Shown one piece after another: positions 38,761 to 50,414 of a DNA stretch of 64,000 nucleotides (its first letter is position 1; the number at the start of each line of letters is the position of its first letter). A program made the position numbers and the translations under genes. The notes below the pieces were generated by a model. That model had not been told where the DNA came from and searched no databases. It saw nothing but the letters and a program-made list of their open reading frames with translations. Location: the NCBI GenBank assembly GCA_963815195.1, contig CAWFGE010000012.1, forward strand, positions 640,001-704,000, read 5' to 3'. The DNA comes from an uncultured Planctomycetaceae bacterium. GTDB lineage: Bacteria; Planctomycetota; Planctomycetia; Planctomycetales; Planctomycetaceae.

Positions 38761-41700
38761 ATGATTTTGAATTGGCTCGCTGCGTGGAAACGGACTGGAC
38801 ATCTTGTGACATCGAAACGGCGTCCGCGACAACGACGGGATGTAAACGTTTCGCGTCAAGTCGAACTTCTCGAGGACAGGCTGCTGCTATCGACATTTTA
38901 CGTCGATAATGCCGGCGATTTTCTCATCACCAACGATCAGGGGGCCGCGGGGCTGGACGCGGGCGACACCGTGACGTGGGATACCTCCGCCACGCATCCG
39001 GCCGGTCCCGTGTCCGACTTGATCTTCGGCAGCGGCGCCTTTTCGACGATTCAAGACGCCGCGGACGCCGCCGCCGCGAATGGAACGCGGCTCGGATACA
39101 ATCGACGTCGCCGCGGGCACATACGCCGAAAACGTCTCGATCAACACCAACGTGGACATCACCGGCACCGCGGGGGCGATCGCGGACGGCGGCGCCGCCG
39201 GCTCGGTGATCACCATCGCCACTGGTAGCACGGTCACACTCGATTCACTGACCATCCAAAACGGCAGTGCAACCAACGGCGGCGGGATCAATAACGCGGG
39301 CACGCTGACGCTGACCAACAGCGTGGTTCAAAACAACACGGCCGGCCAGGACGGAGGCGGGATCCATAACTCCGGCACGCTGACGATCGGGGCTGGTTCG
39401 ACGATCACATCAAACTCCGCCTCAAGAGACGGCGGCGGGATCGATTTCGTCGGCGGCACGCTCAACATGACCGAAACGACCATCGACGGCAACACCGCCA
39501 GCGGCGACTCCCAGACCAACGGTGGCGGCGGGATCTTCGTCGGCAGCCACTTGTCGCTTTCCCTCGATGATACCGTCAGCGTCACGAACAACGTCGTGGA
39601 CGGCACGAACGGCACAGGGGGCGGCATTTTGGTTGCTTCGTGCGCCTCGCTGAACTTGACCGGCGCGACGATCGCCGGCAACGCCGCCTCTGGCAACGGC
39701 GGCGGGATTTTCAATCACGGCACGTTGACCGTTGACGACTCGACGATCAGCGGCAACTCCGCCAGAACCGGCGGCGGCATCTTTAACTTTGGCACGGCCA
39801 CAATCCAAGGCGGTTCAACGATCACAGCCAACTCGGCTCACTTCAGCGGCGGCGGGATTTATGACATCAACACCACCACGCTCACCGTGGATGCCTCCAT
39901 CATCAGCAGCAACTCCGCCCAGGCTGGCGGCGGAATCTGGAACAGCGGCACGGCGACGATCGGAGGCGGATCGACGATCACCGGCAACTCTGCCACAAAC
40001 GACGGGGGCGGGATCGACAATAACGGCGGTGGCACGCTGACCGTGGATGCCTCCACCATCAGCAGCAACACCGCCAACTCTGGTGGCGGGATCTGGAATA
40101 GCGGCGGCAGCGCGGCCATGATTCAAGGCGGGTCGGTGATCTCCTCAAACTCCGCCACGCATGGGGGCGGCGGGATCCTCAATTTCGGATCCGACGACCT
40201 GACCGTGGACGGCTCTTACATTGTCTCGAACACCGCGGCCGACGGCGGCGGCATCAAAAACGAAAATGGGTTCGGAAACACAAATGGTGGCACGCTGACA
40301 ATCGAAGGCGGATCGACGATCAACGGCAACTCCGCCTCAAACGACGGCGGCGGGATCTACAATGACTCCATGGCCACGCTCGATGTGATCGGCTCCTCGG
40401 TCATTTCCAACAACACCGCCGGTGGCAATTCAGCTACCGACGGCGGCGGCGGGATCTACAATGACGGCGGCACGGTGACGGTCGAGGATTCCTCCACCAT
40501 CAACAATAACGCCGCGACCGGCACCAGCGGTTCGGGCGGCGGGATCTTCAACAACACCGGCGGCAGTCTGAACTTTGCCGACTCGACCCTGTCCGGCAAT
40601 TCCGCCACTACTGGCGGCGGCATCCTCAATAACGCGGATTTGACCTTTTCCGGCGCGAACACCACGCTCGACATCAATGATCCAGACACCATTTCCGGCG
40701 ACGGCAACCTGACCAGTTCCCCCACGGGCACCGTGAACTTCGCCACCGGAACCACCTCCACCTACACCGGCACGACGACCCTGACCTCCGGCACCACGCT
40801 CGTCAACGGCACGCTGGATAACGTCGGCGGCACCGTCACCGTCCACAGCGGAGCCAACTTGGGCGGAACCGGCACCATCGACCGGGCCGTCACCGTCGAG
40901 AACGGCGGCACCATTGCGCCCGGAATCAGCCCCGGGATTTTGAGCGTGGGCAACACCACCTTGATGGCGGGCGCGAACTTCAACGTGGAAGTCAATGGCA
41001 TCGCCACCGCTGGGACTGATTACGATCAACTCAACGTCACAGGCACCGTGGACATCACCGGGGCCGTGCTCAACACGTCCGGCACCGTCGCCGGGACGTT
41101 AGGCGGCGATGTCGTCATTATCAACAACGACGGCACCGACCCCATCCTCGGGCAATTCGCCGGCTTGGCAAACGGCGCCCCGGTGTCGATCAATGGCGAG
41201 ACACTTCATATTTCCTACAACGGCGGCGACGGCAACGATGTGGTTCTCGCCTCGCCCGTTTACGTCAACGATGACTTCACCGGGGCCGACGGCACGATGA
41301 TCGCCGACGCTGACCCCAACACGCCCGGCAATCAAGCCGCCGTCATCGGCACGAATGCGTTCAACACCATCCAAGAAGGCGTGGACGTGGTGGCTTCCGG
41401 CGGGAGCGTGCTGATTACCGACGACCTGGACACCGATGGCCCGGGGACCTACACCGAGAACGTCACGATCGATAAAGACGTGACGATTGGAGCCACCGAA
41501 GGCGACCCATCCGCCGTCATCGTAGACGGCAACGCCGCGGACAGCGTGTTCACGATTGCGAGTACCAGCAGCACTACGGTCACCTTCAATTTCCTGACCA
41601 TCCAAAATGGGATCGCGATCAACGGCGGCGGCATCAATAACGCGGGCACGCTGACGCTGACCAACAGCGTCGTTCAAAACAACTCGGCGACCAACGGCGC

Positions 41701-44700
41701 GGGAATGTATAACAGCGGCACGACGACGATCGAGGGCGACTCGACGATCACCGGCAACTCCGCCTCGAATGGCGGCGGCGGGATCCACAACTCCGGCACG
41801 CTGACCGTGGACGGCGCCACCATCGGCACCAACACCGCACGCACCGGCGGCGGGATTTACACCACCGGCACGGTGACGGTTCAAGGCGGTTCCCAGATCG
41901 CCGCCAACGCCGCCAATTTCGGCGGCGGGATCTCCAACGTCGGCACGGCGACGAATCCTGCGACGGTGACGATTCAAGACGGTTCGACGATCACCGGCAA
42001 CTCCGCCCAATTCAAGGGCGGCGGGATCGTCAACACCCTCGGCGGCACGTTGACCGTGGACGACTCCACCATCAGCACGAACACCGCCTCCCACGGCGGC
42101 GGGATCAACAACAACCGCGGCGGAACACTGACCCTGGACAACTCCAACATCGGCACCAACACCGCCGATGTTGGCGGCGGCATCTGGAACGGCGGCAGCA
42201 CGGTGACGGTCGGGGGCGGCTCGATGATTATGGGCAACTCCGCTTCAGCGGACGGCGGCGGGATCTATAATGGGCTCTTCAATGCCAATGCCTCCCCAGG
42301 CACAGTCGACGTGACAGGCTCCTCGGTCATCTCCAACAACACCGCCGGTGGTGATTCGGCCACTGATGGCGGCGGCGGGATCTACAATGACGGCGGCACG
42401 GTGACGATCGAGGATTCCTCCACCATCAACAACAACGCCGCGACCGGCACCAGCGGTTCCGGCGGTGGGATCTTTAACAGCACTGGCGGCACGCTGACGG
42501 TTGATGGCTCTACCGTCGGAACCAACGCAGCCCTAACGGGGGGAGGGATCTACAACGACGGCAACTCTGCGATGATTGTAAGTTCGACGATTTCTTCAAA
42601 CTCCGCAGTGGCATTCGGCGGCGGAGTTTTTAACAGTAGCGGCACGCTAAGCGTGGACAACTCCACAATCGGCGGTAATACGGCGATCGATGGTGGAGGG
42701 ATCTACAACGACGGCGGTTCGGCAGCGATCGGGGGCACCTCGATCATCACCGGCAACACGGCCGCAAGCCACGGTGGTGGAATCTATAACCACGGCACCC
42801 TGATTGTGGACAACTCCACGATTGACTCCAACACCGCAAACGGGGGCGGGCTCGGGGGCGGTGGAGTCTACAACTTCTCTGGCACCACCACAATCCAAGG
42901 GGGATCGATGATCACAGGAAACTCCTCCGCACGCAACGGCGGCGGGATCTACAACGACCGCGGCACCTTGACGGTTGACGCCTCCACCATCGGCTCGAAC
43001 ACCGCCGGTACGGGCGGAGGAATCTCCAACTCCGGCACGCTGACCTTGGACGGTGCCACCATCGACGCAAACACCGCCAATGCCGGCGGTGGAATCTACG
43101 ATTTTGACACAGCGACAATTCAAGGGGGATCGACGATCAGCGGCAACGTTTCCAGAGGCGGCGGCGGCGGGATCGGGGTCGGCAATGTCGGTACGGTGAA
43201 TCTCTCTAACAGCACCGTCACTGCCAACTATGCGAGTGGCGATGGTGGAGGAATCTCCAACGGGGGCACCCTCACCGTGACCGCGAGTACGATTGATTCC
43301 AACACCGCCGGCGTCGCCGGTGATGGCGGCGGGATTTGGAATAGCAATGCGCTGACTTTGACTAACACCACGGTGAGCGGCAACACGGTCGGCAGGAACG
43401 GCGGCGGGATCTTCACTGGCTTTCCCACCGGGACCGTGGAGATCAATAACTCCACCATCGCCGACAACCGCGCGGACTCCGGCGGTACGAGTCCCGGCAC
43501 CGGCGGCGGGATCCATCAAGAGGACACCGGCACCGTCACGTTGACCAGCACGATTGTCGCCGACAACTTCGTAGGCACCGGCACCGGCAGGGACGATGTC
43601 AGCGGGACCGTGGACGGCACGTTTAATCTCATCGGCGTGGACACCGGAATGTCCGGGCTGACTAACGGCGTGGATGGGAATATCGTCGGTACGGCCGACG
43701 CTCCGGTTGATCCGCGATTGCAACCGCTCGCCGACAACGGCGGTCCCACCATGACGCAGGCCATCCTGCCCGATAGCCCCGCGCTCAACGCCGGTTTCAA
43801 TCCGCTCAGCTTGACGACCGATCAGCGCGGCGGGGCGTACGTCCGCAGCTTCGGCAGCCAGACCGACATTGGGGCCTATGAACTTCAGGCCGCGGGCGGC
43901 GGCGGAAACGACATCGCCGCCTACGCTCCCGGACCGGGAAGGCCCGGCATCGTCGAGGTCGTCAATGCGATCACCCAAGACGAACTGTTTAACTTTGAGC
44001 CGTACCCCGGTTTCAACGGCGGCGTGCGGGTGGCGGTGGGCGATGTCACGGGCGACGGCGTTGCGGATGTCATCACCGGAGCCGGTCCCGGAGGCGGGTC
44101 GCGGATCATCGTGACCGATGGAGACACGCAGGAAGAAAAGTTCGACTTCTATGCGTTTCCCGGATTCTTCGGCGGCGTGTTCGTGGCTGCGGCGGATGTC
44201 ACCGGCGACAACCACGCGGACATCATCGTGAGTGCGGATGCGGGCGGCGGCCCCCATGTCAAAGTCTTCAGCGGGGACGACCTGACCGAACTGTTCAGCT
44301 TCTACGCCTATGATGCGAACTTCCACGGCGGCGTCCGCGTGGCGGCGGGCGACATCACCGGCGACGGCACGCCCGACATCATCGCCGGAGCCGGTCCCGG
44401 CGGCGGGCCGAACGTCCGCGTGTTCGACGGCAGTCTGCCGCTCATCGGGGATTCGGGGGTCGCGGACATTTCCGTGTCGATGGACAATCCGCTGGGCAAT
44501 TTCTACGCCTACGCTGCGGACTTTACCGGCGGCGTGTTCGTGGCGGCGGGCGATGTGGACGGCGATGGGCGGATCGATCTCGTCACCGGACCCGGCGCCG
44601 GCGGCGGACCGAACGTCAAGGTCTTTAGCGGAGCCGCCGCAGCGCTGCTCCCGCAGCCGATCGGCAGCTTTTATGCCTATGACTCGAACTTCACCGGCGG

Positions 44701-44986
44701 CGTTCGCGTGGCCGTCGCCGACATCACGGGCGACGGCAAAGCCGACGTGATCACCGCAGCGGGCGAAGGCGGCGGCCCCGACATTCGAGCCTTCAACGCG
44801 GCGAGCCCAGGCGAGTTGCCCGAACCGATCCGAGATGTTTATTCTCCCGGCGATGCCAACTTCACCGGCGGCGTGTTTGTCGCCGCCGGCACCCGCCTGG
44901 AAAGTTTGCCGCCGCTGTCGTCGGGCGAATCGGACGCTTTGGACAATCTCTTCGCCAACCCGGCCTTGGGAGACTTGCTCGGATAA
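38761..44986 (+). CDS. Large surface protein/adhesin: planctomycete secretion motif, GGGI beta-helix repeats, choice-of-anchor-Q-like domain, FG-GAP repeats; frameshift at ~39090
   Basis: VELLEDRLLLS; many N-A-x-x-GGGIxN repeats; LADNGGPT..SPALNAG..DQRG..DIGAYE; GGVRVAxGDVTGDG repeats. Confidence 0.88.
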
Positions 44987-45142
44987 ACTCGCCGGCTGCT
45001 AAAAATGACCGGCCGGAAGAATAGAAAATCCCCCGCTTCAAAACGCGGCCTCATTCCGATGGGACCCGAGCGGCTGCTTGGCTACGATCGACGAGATGGG
45101 CCTTTTCCCCAGGATGCGAGTCGAGACGACAGGAGCAGCGGC

Positions 45143-46153
45143 ATGAAGTTTTTCAGCGCGATCAAACAGGCCGGCGTGGATTTCTCGGATGACGAATGCA
45201 TGACCAGCGGCGCGGCGCTCGCCTATTATACGATCTTTTCGCTTCCCCCCTTGTTGGTGATCGTGTTTGCCGTCGCCGGTTGGACCGGAGTCGAATCCTC
45301 GAAAATCGATTCGATGGTCAAGCGGCAGCTTGGCATTCCCATCACCGAAGTGCCGACGGCCGGTGCCGGAAGCCAAGTCGCATCATCCGGCAAAACGAGC
45401 CGATCTCAAGGAAATGCCGGGCCGGTGTCGAACATTGCCGGCTTGGGCTGGGCTTCGCAGGTCATCGGGATCGCTATTCTGGTTTTCTCCGCCACGGGCC
45501 TGTTCGCCCAATTTCAGTTTGCCCTGAACCGGGCGTGGGAAGTCGAACCCGACCCCGAGCAGGGCGGCGTCATGAGTTTCGCCGTCAAGCGGCTGTTGTC
45601 GCTGGGGATGGTCGCGATCATTGCCTTTCTGCTACTTGTCTCGTTTGTGCTGACCACGCTGGTCAACGAAGCGGTGGAGTGGCTTCAAGGTCCAAGTCCC
45701 GGCACGTTCGCCACGGCGATCGCCATTGTCCTCAACGATTTCGTCACGCTGGTGATCGCGACATTGCTGTTCGCCGCGATGTTCAAAGTCCTCCCGGATG
45801 CCAAGACAAGCTGGCGGGATCTGTTTCTCGGGTCGGCCGTCACGGCGCTCCTGTTCGTCATCGGCAAATCGCTGATCGGATGGTATTTGCAGAATTCCAA
45901 CGTGGGCTCCCGGTGGGGAAGTGCCGCCTCGTCGATGGTGGCGGTCCTGGTCTGGGTTTATTACTCCTCGCTGATCGTGTTGTTCGGGGCGGAGCTGACC
46001 CAGGTCTGGGCCAGCCGATATGGACGAGGCATTCAACCCGCCGAAGGGGCCGTCCGCATTATCGAAGAAAAACGGCACATCCGCGAGGAGACGCCCCGCA
46101 GCCGCAAGCCTAGGGAAAGAATTGAGAGCCGGACCTTTGGTCCTTTTCCATAA
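45143..46153 (+). CDS. YihY/BrkB family membrane protein
   Basis: GAALAYYTIFSLPPLL, ALNRAW and WVYYSSLIVLFGAE motifs. Confidence 0.92.
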   Translation: MKFFSAIKQAGVDFSDDECMTSGAALAYYTIFSLPPLLVIVFAVAGWTGVESSKIDSMVKRQLGIPITEVPTAGAGSQVASSGKTSRSQGNAGPVSNIAGLGWASQVIGIAILVFSATGLFAQFQFALNRAWEVEPDPEQGGVMSFAVKRLLSLGMVAIIAFLLLVSFVLTTLVNEAVEWLQGPSPGTFATAIAIVLNDFVTLVIATLLFAAMFKVLPDAKTSWRDLFLGSAVTALLFVIGKSLIGWYLQNSNVGSRWGSAASSMVAVLVWVYYSSLIVLFGAELTQVWASRYGRGIQPAEGAVRIIEEKRHIREETPRSRKPRERIESRTFGPFP

Positions 46154-46302
46154 TTTGGAACGACTGAGATTCGGGTTTCGGTTTTTCGGCGAGGCATCAC
46201 GCAAAATCGCGCATGCTGATTGAGTGAGGGGTTCGCCGGACACAACTAATCTCTTTCTGGATGCGTTCCAGAGCTTTCTGAGCGGCCTGGCGGACGTGGG
46301 GT

Positions 46303-47508
46303 TCAGGGTGTTTGAGTAATGCCTCGAGCGGTTTGCGGGCGGGCGCGGCTTCGGGGCCAAGTTCCGTCGTCAAGCGTGCGAAACGCCTGCATCCGCAATT
46401 GCCTGTCGGAGGATTTCAGCGTCTCCACAAACACCGCGAGCGCGCGGTCCGCGGTTCCGGTGATTTGCCAGATCGCTCGCGCGGCGGTGTAGCGGACATG
46501 CGGGTCGGGATCGCCCAAGCGTTCTTCTAAGGGTGCGACCGCCGGCTTCGCTTGGGCTTTCATCTGGCCGAGGCTGCCCGCGGCCCGCCGGCGAAGTTCC
46601 GCTTCCTGGTCGTCCAGAAGATGTACGAGCGCGGGCACGGCGGGTGTTCCGATTTCCGCGAGGGCTGTTTCCGCCGCATCGCGGACGGCGTGGGATTCGT
46701 CAAACGCGAGCGATTCCATCAGCGAAGGAATCGCCAACTGGGCCGCAGGACCGATCCGCCCGAGCGCCATCGCCGTTTTCCGCCGCATCGGTTCGCGGGG
46801 ATCGCCCAAGGATCGGAGCAGCACCGGCACCGCGATCGCGGCGTCTTTCCCCACGAGGGCGATCGATTCCACCGCGAGTTCGCGAAGCGTGTCGGCGTCT
46901 TCTTTGGCGGCGGCGGTTTGCTCGGCGGGTTTGAGATTCAACGTCTCCACCAAAGCCGGGATCGCCCGCGGATGGGCTCCGCCGATTTGGGCCAAGGCCT
47001 CGATCGCTCCCTGCCGTTCGGCCACGGGGAGTCCGGTGTCTTTAAGGATGGCCACAAGCGGGGGCGCGGCCGCGCGGGCTTCGGGGCCGAACAGCGAAAT
47101 CGCCTTGGTCGCCCAGATCCGCGGTGCGTGCTCTAGGGTGGGATCTTCATCCAAAAGCTCGATGAGCACCGGCACCGCCTCCCGCGCGTTTTTGCCGAAC
47201 CGTCCCAGCGTGTTTGCCATCTGCCTCCGCGTGTACCACGGCACATCGCGGTCTTTGAGAATGGCAATCAATGCCGGCACCGCCGACTTGCTGGCCGGGT
47301 TGTCGGGCGAGAGATTTTTGACCGCTTCCCGCCACTCGTCCAGAGTCTTTCCGCCGTAGCTTTTGGGCGCGGCGGCCTTGATTTCGGGAGTCTTCGAGGC
47401 CGCGGGATCCTCCGCCCGCAGCGACTGCGAGGAAAGACACAACAAGGCCCCAACGAAAATCACAAAAGGCTTGATCACCGGAAATCTTTGGAAGAACGAT
47501 CCTGGCAT
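46303..47508 (-). CDS. Secreted HEAT-repeat protein; last repeat continues past a frameshift at ~46375
   Basis: YGGKTLDEW and repeated AVPALI..L.D....R..AA..LG; ELGPEAAPARKPLEALLKHPEPHVRQAA in another frame. Confidence 0.85.
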   Translation of the reverse strand: MPGSFFQRFPVIKPFVIFVGALLCLSSQSLRAEDPAASKTPEIKAAAPKSYGGKTLDEWREAVKNLSPDNPASKSAVPALIAILKDRDVPWYTRRQMANTLGRFGKNAREAVPVLIELLDEDPTLEHAPRIWATKAISLFGPEARAAAPPLVAILKDTGLPVAERQGAIEALAQIGGAHPRAIPALVETLNLKPAEQTAAAKEDADTLRELAVESIALVGKDAAIAVPVLLRSLGDPREPMRRKTAMALGRIGPAAQLAIPSLMESLAFDESHAVRDAAETALAEIGTPAVPALVHLLDDQEAELRRRAAGSLGQMKAQAKPAVAPLEERLGDPDPHVRYTAARAIWQITGTADRALAVFVETLKSSDRQLRMQAFRTLDDGTWPRSRARPQTARGITQTP

Positions 47509-47601
47509 AGAAAAACCCGGCCCCTCAGAGAGAAAGCCGGGTCGTGACTTCCTTTCAATCTTATCCGCCGACGCCCGCACTCGGCAAGACCTTCACCCGT
47601 G

Positions 47602-48915
47602 TTACGCCGAATCCGCCGGCCGGAGCAGCTCGAACCACTCCGGCTGCATGCCTTCGTGAACGAGATCGAGGGTGCTGACAATTTCGAATTGGCATTGCTC
47701 GGAGATTTCTTTCGTAAACGCGGAGCTTTGAAAGCAGCGGGCGATGATCTTGGCATGGGGATACTTCTGCGACAACCACAGGGCCGTGCGGATGTTGACG
47801 CCATCGTCCCCGCTACTGAGGATGAACACCGGCTCGTTGACGGCGTGGATCACGGTGGGTTCGATTTGCTGCCAGGTCCGCGGGTGGCGAAGGTCGGCTT
47901 CGAGCACCTCGTGCTCGTATTGTTTCCCGAAGCCCACCTGCTGATCGAACACCATCGACATGAGGTCCGCCTCGCGGTCGATGATCGCGACTTTGGACAA
48001 ACTGTCGGCGGCGTGCCGTTGGAGTTCGTCCAAAAGGCTCTGGCCGAACCGCCCGAAGCCCGCCAGCACGACAACGTCGGCGTATTCGGATTTCTGAAAA
48101 TGCGGCAACAGGGATTCGGTGACCAAGTACCGCGCGGCCCGGTGGTTCGAGTTGAATTTGACCGCGCCGGCCGGCAGTCCCGCTCCCGGTTCGACCAGCC
48201 GGAACAGCCGGATGTCGGAAATGTGCACCAGCGTCGCCGAGGCCAGGCGCGGCGCGATGTGGGCCGCGCGGGAGGCGGCGGAGAGGTTCACATAGTCGTC
48301 TCCGGTCAGCAGCACCAGCCGGGCGGCCCGGTTCAGATTTAGGGTGTGCATCACGGCTTCGCTGTCGATGTCGCCGGTGATGACGTGGGCATGAAACCGC
48401 CGGCGGGCGATTTGGGCGCTGGCCTTATGGGCCTCTTTTTCCACAATCACCACGCGCAGGTTGGGATGCATTTTGTGCAGCCGGTCCAGATACAAAATCG
48501 CCAGCCGCCCGCAGCCGCCGACGACGACGTGATCGTGCAGATGCCGGAGTTGAAACCGGTCCCAGCCCACCGCCCGGAGGATGCCTTCCGCGATCGCGGA
48601 GGTGGTCACGGCGGGGGCGGCAAAATACACGAGCCACAGCATGGCCCGCGTCCAAAGCGGCCCGCCCACGGGCATGCCCAAATCCAATCCGCCGAACAGG
48701 AACAGGCCGAGCGTGTAGTAGATCTTCGTCATAAAGTCGGCGTCGGGAACCCCCCGGCGGTCGGTGACATCCACGCCGTTGCAAAACGCGATCAGCCCGC
48801 AGGCAAACACCGCCACAAGAACCAGCCCCCGCCAGCGAAACCACCGCCACCCGCCGCGCACAATCTCCGCCGGCGTCGGCTCGGAGAGTCCCATGTTGAT
48901 GTTGAGCTCGTTCAT
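47602..48915 (-). CDS. Membrane protein with two TrkA-N/RCK domains (K+ channel-like)
   Basis: TM-pore-TM-like N-terminus; HVVVGGCGRLA and VVLAGFGRFG Rossmann motifs. Confidence 0.75.
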   Translation of the reverse strand: MNELNINMGLSEPTPAEIVRGGWRWFRWRGLVLVAVFACGLIAFCNGVDVTDRRGVPDADFMTKIYYTLGLFLFGGLDLGMPVGGPLWTRAMLWLVYFAAPAVTTSAIAEGILRAVGWDRFQLRHLHDHVVVGGCGRLAILYLDRLHKMHPNLRVVIVEKEAHKASAQIARRRFHAHVITGDIDSEAVMHTLNLNRAARLVLLTGDDYVNLSAASRAAHIAPRLASATLVHISDIRLFRLVEPGAGLPAGAVKFNSNHRAARYLVTESLLPHFQKSEYADVVVLAGFGRFGQSLLDELQRHAADSLSKVAIIDREADLMSMVFDQQVGFGKQYEHEVLEADLRHPRTWQQIEPTVIHAVNEPVFILSSGDDGVNIRTALWLSQKYPHAKIIARCFQSSAFTKEISEQCQFEIVSTLDLVHEGMQPEWFELLRPADSA

Positions 48916-48989
48916 AACGGCCACCGGGTCCGCAAACGGAGCGGTATTTTTGTCCGTCAGGAGAAGAATGTCAGGCGGAACCTCCGTGT

Positions 48990-50108
48990 TTACTTCGGGC
49001 CTTGTTTCGCGAGTTTTCTCAGCACTTCCGCGCCGCGTTTGAGGGTGTCGTCCGTCGCGGCGTAGGACAGGCGGAAGTGGGTGTCTTTGGCGCTGAACAC
49101 GTTTCCCGGGATGATCAGCAGGTTGTGTTTGATGGCTTCGGTGACGAACTGGGTGCCCGTGCCCCAGGGGGTTTTCAAAAACAGATAAAACGCCCCGCCT
49201 GCGCCGTGGATTTCAAAATCCTCGGCGAGTTCCGCGCGGATCAGATCGCGTTTGGCCTTGTACTCGGCCACGCGGTCGGAGATGTCGTAATCCCACGCCG
49301 CCAGGCCGGCCCATTGCACGGGATGCGGGGCGCAGACGAACGTGAACTGCTGGAGTTTGATCATCTGCTGAATGATCGCCTGCGGGCCGTGCACGTAGCC
49401 CAGCCTGAGGCCGGTCATCGAATGCGATTTGCTGAAGCCGTCGATGACGAGAGTCTGGTCGTTAAAGCGGGCGGGGCTGATGAAGTCGCTGTCGTAGCAG
49501 AAGGCTTTGTAGATCTCATCGCTGATCAGCGCGACGTCTTTTTCGCGGGCAAGTTCCGCGAGAGCTTTGAGCTCGTCCTCGCTCGCGACGTGGCCCGTGG
49601 GATTCGAGGGGCTGTTACAGAGGATGACTTTCGTCCGGTCGGTGATCGTGGCGGCGACTTTGTCCACGGGAACCCGAAAATCGGGATAGGTGTCGATCAA
49701 AACAACCTTCCCGCCCGCGAGCGTGGTGAGGTGCTTATACATCACGAACCAGGGATCGAAGCAGATGACCTCGTCGCCGGGATTGACGAGCGTGGACAGC
49801 GCGAGCATCAGCCCACCGCTGGTGCCGCTGGTGACGAAAGCTGTGCGGTCGGCGTGGCCGAAGGTCTCATCGACGTGCGATTGGATTTTTTCGATCAAGG
49901 GAGCGATGCCCTGCGATTGGCTGTAGGCGTTTTTGCCTGCGTTGACCGCTTTGCAGAGGGCGTCCTTGATCGGTTGCGGCGTGTCGAAATGCGGCTGGCC
50001 GATGCTGAGGTTGATCGGGTTCTCCATCGTCGCGGCCAGGTCGAACACCTTGCGAATGCCCGAAGCATCGATCCGGTGCATGCGGTCGGCGATCCAATCT
50101 TCGATCAT
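48990..50108 (-). CDS. Class I/II PLP aminotransferase
   Basis: NSPSNPTG, ISDEIY and GFSKSHSMTGLRLG motifs. Confidence 0.93.
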   Translation of the reverse strand: MIEDWIADRMHRIDASGIRKVFDLAATMENPINLSIGQPHFDTPQPIKDALCKAVNAGKNAYSQSQGIAPLIEKIQSHVDETFGHADRTAFVTSGTSGGLMLALSTLVNPGDEVICFDPWFVMYKHLTTLAGGKVVLIDTYPDFRVPVDKVAATITDRTKVILCNSPSNPTGHVASEDELKALAELAREKDVALISDEIYKAFCYDSDFISPARFNDQTLVIDGFSKSHSMTGLRLGYVHGPQAIIQQMIKLQQFTFVCAPHPVQWAGLAAWDYDISDRVAEYKAKRDLIRAELAEDFEIHGAGGAFYLFLKTPWGTGTQFVTEAIKHNLLIIPGNVFSAKDTHFRLSYAATDDTLKRGAEVLRKLAKQGPK

Positions 50109-50243
50109 GAGTTTTCACCCGTTGGAGTTCACGCGTTCTTCAATTCACGAAACAAACCATGGTGTCGCGAGTCCGGTCCGACTGTCAATGCCGACATCCG
50201 GCCACTTGTGCCACTGGCTCTGCCGGTGCTTTTTATCGATTTT

Positions 50244-50352
50244 GGATCGTTAAGGAAATAATACAGAATTCCGAACGACTCAACATAACCAGGGGGCTTA
50301 CGCCTCCGCTCGCCTGTTTGCCCCCATGTTGACGTTATTTTCTTGATGTTCC
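50244..50352 (+). mobile_element. Degenerate relative of the 111-bp MITE
   Basis: GGATCG...TTCC ends, 109 bp, shared core AACCAGGGGGCTTACGCCTCCGCTCGCCTGTT; no matching TSD. Confidence 0.7.
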
Positions 50353-50414
50353 TAGGCTCGAATGCCTGGCACACACTTTTCCCTGAATTTACATCAACGA
50401 ACAAGGGAGCAAAA

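Noticed and set aside
40390..42490. Diversity-generating retroelement template/variable repeat pair
   Set aside because: Both copies are in frame within one gene, differences are not adenine-specific, and there is no reverse transcriptase
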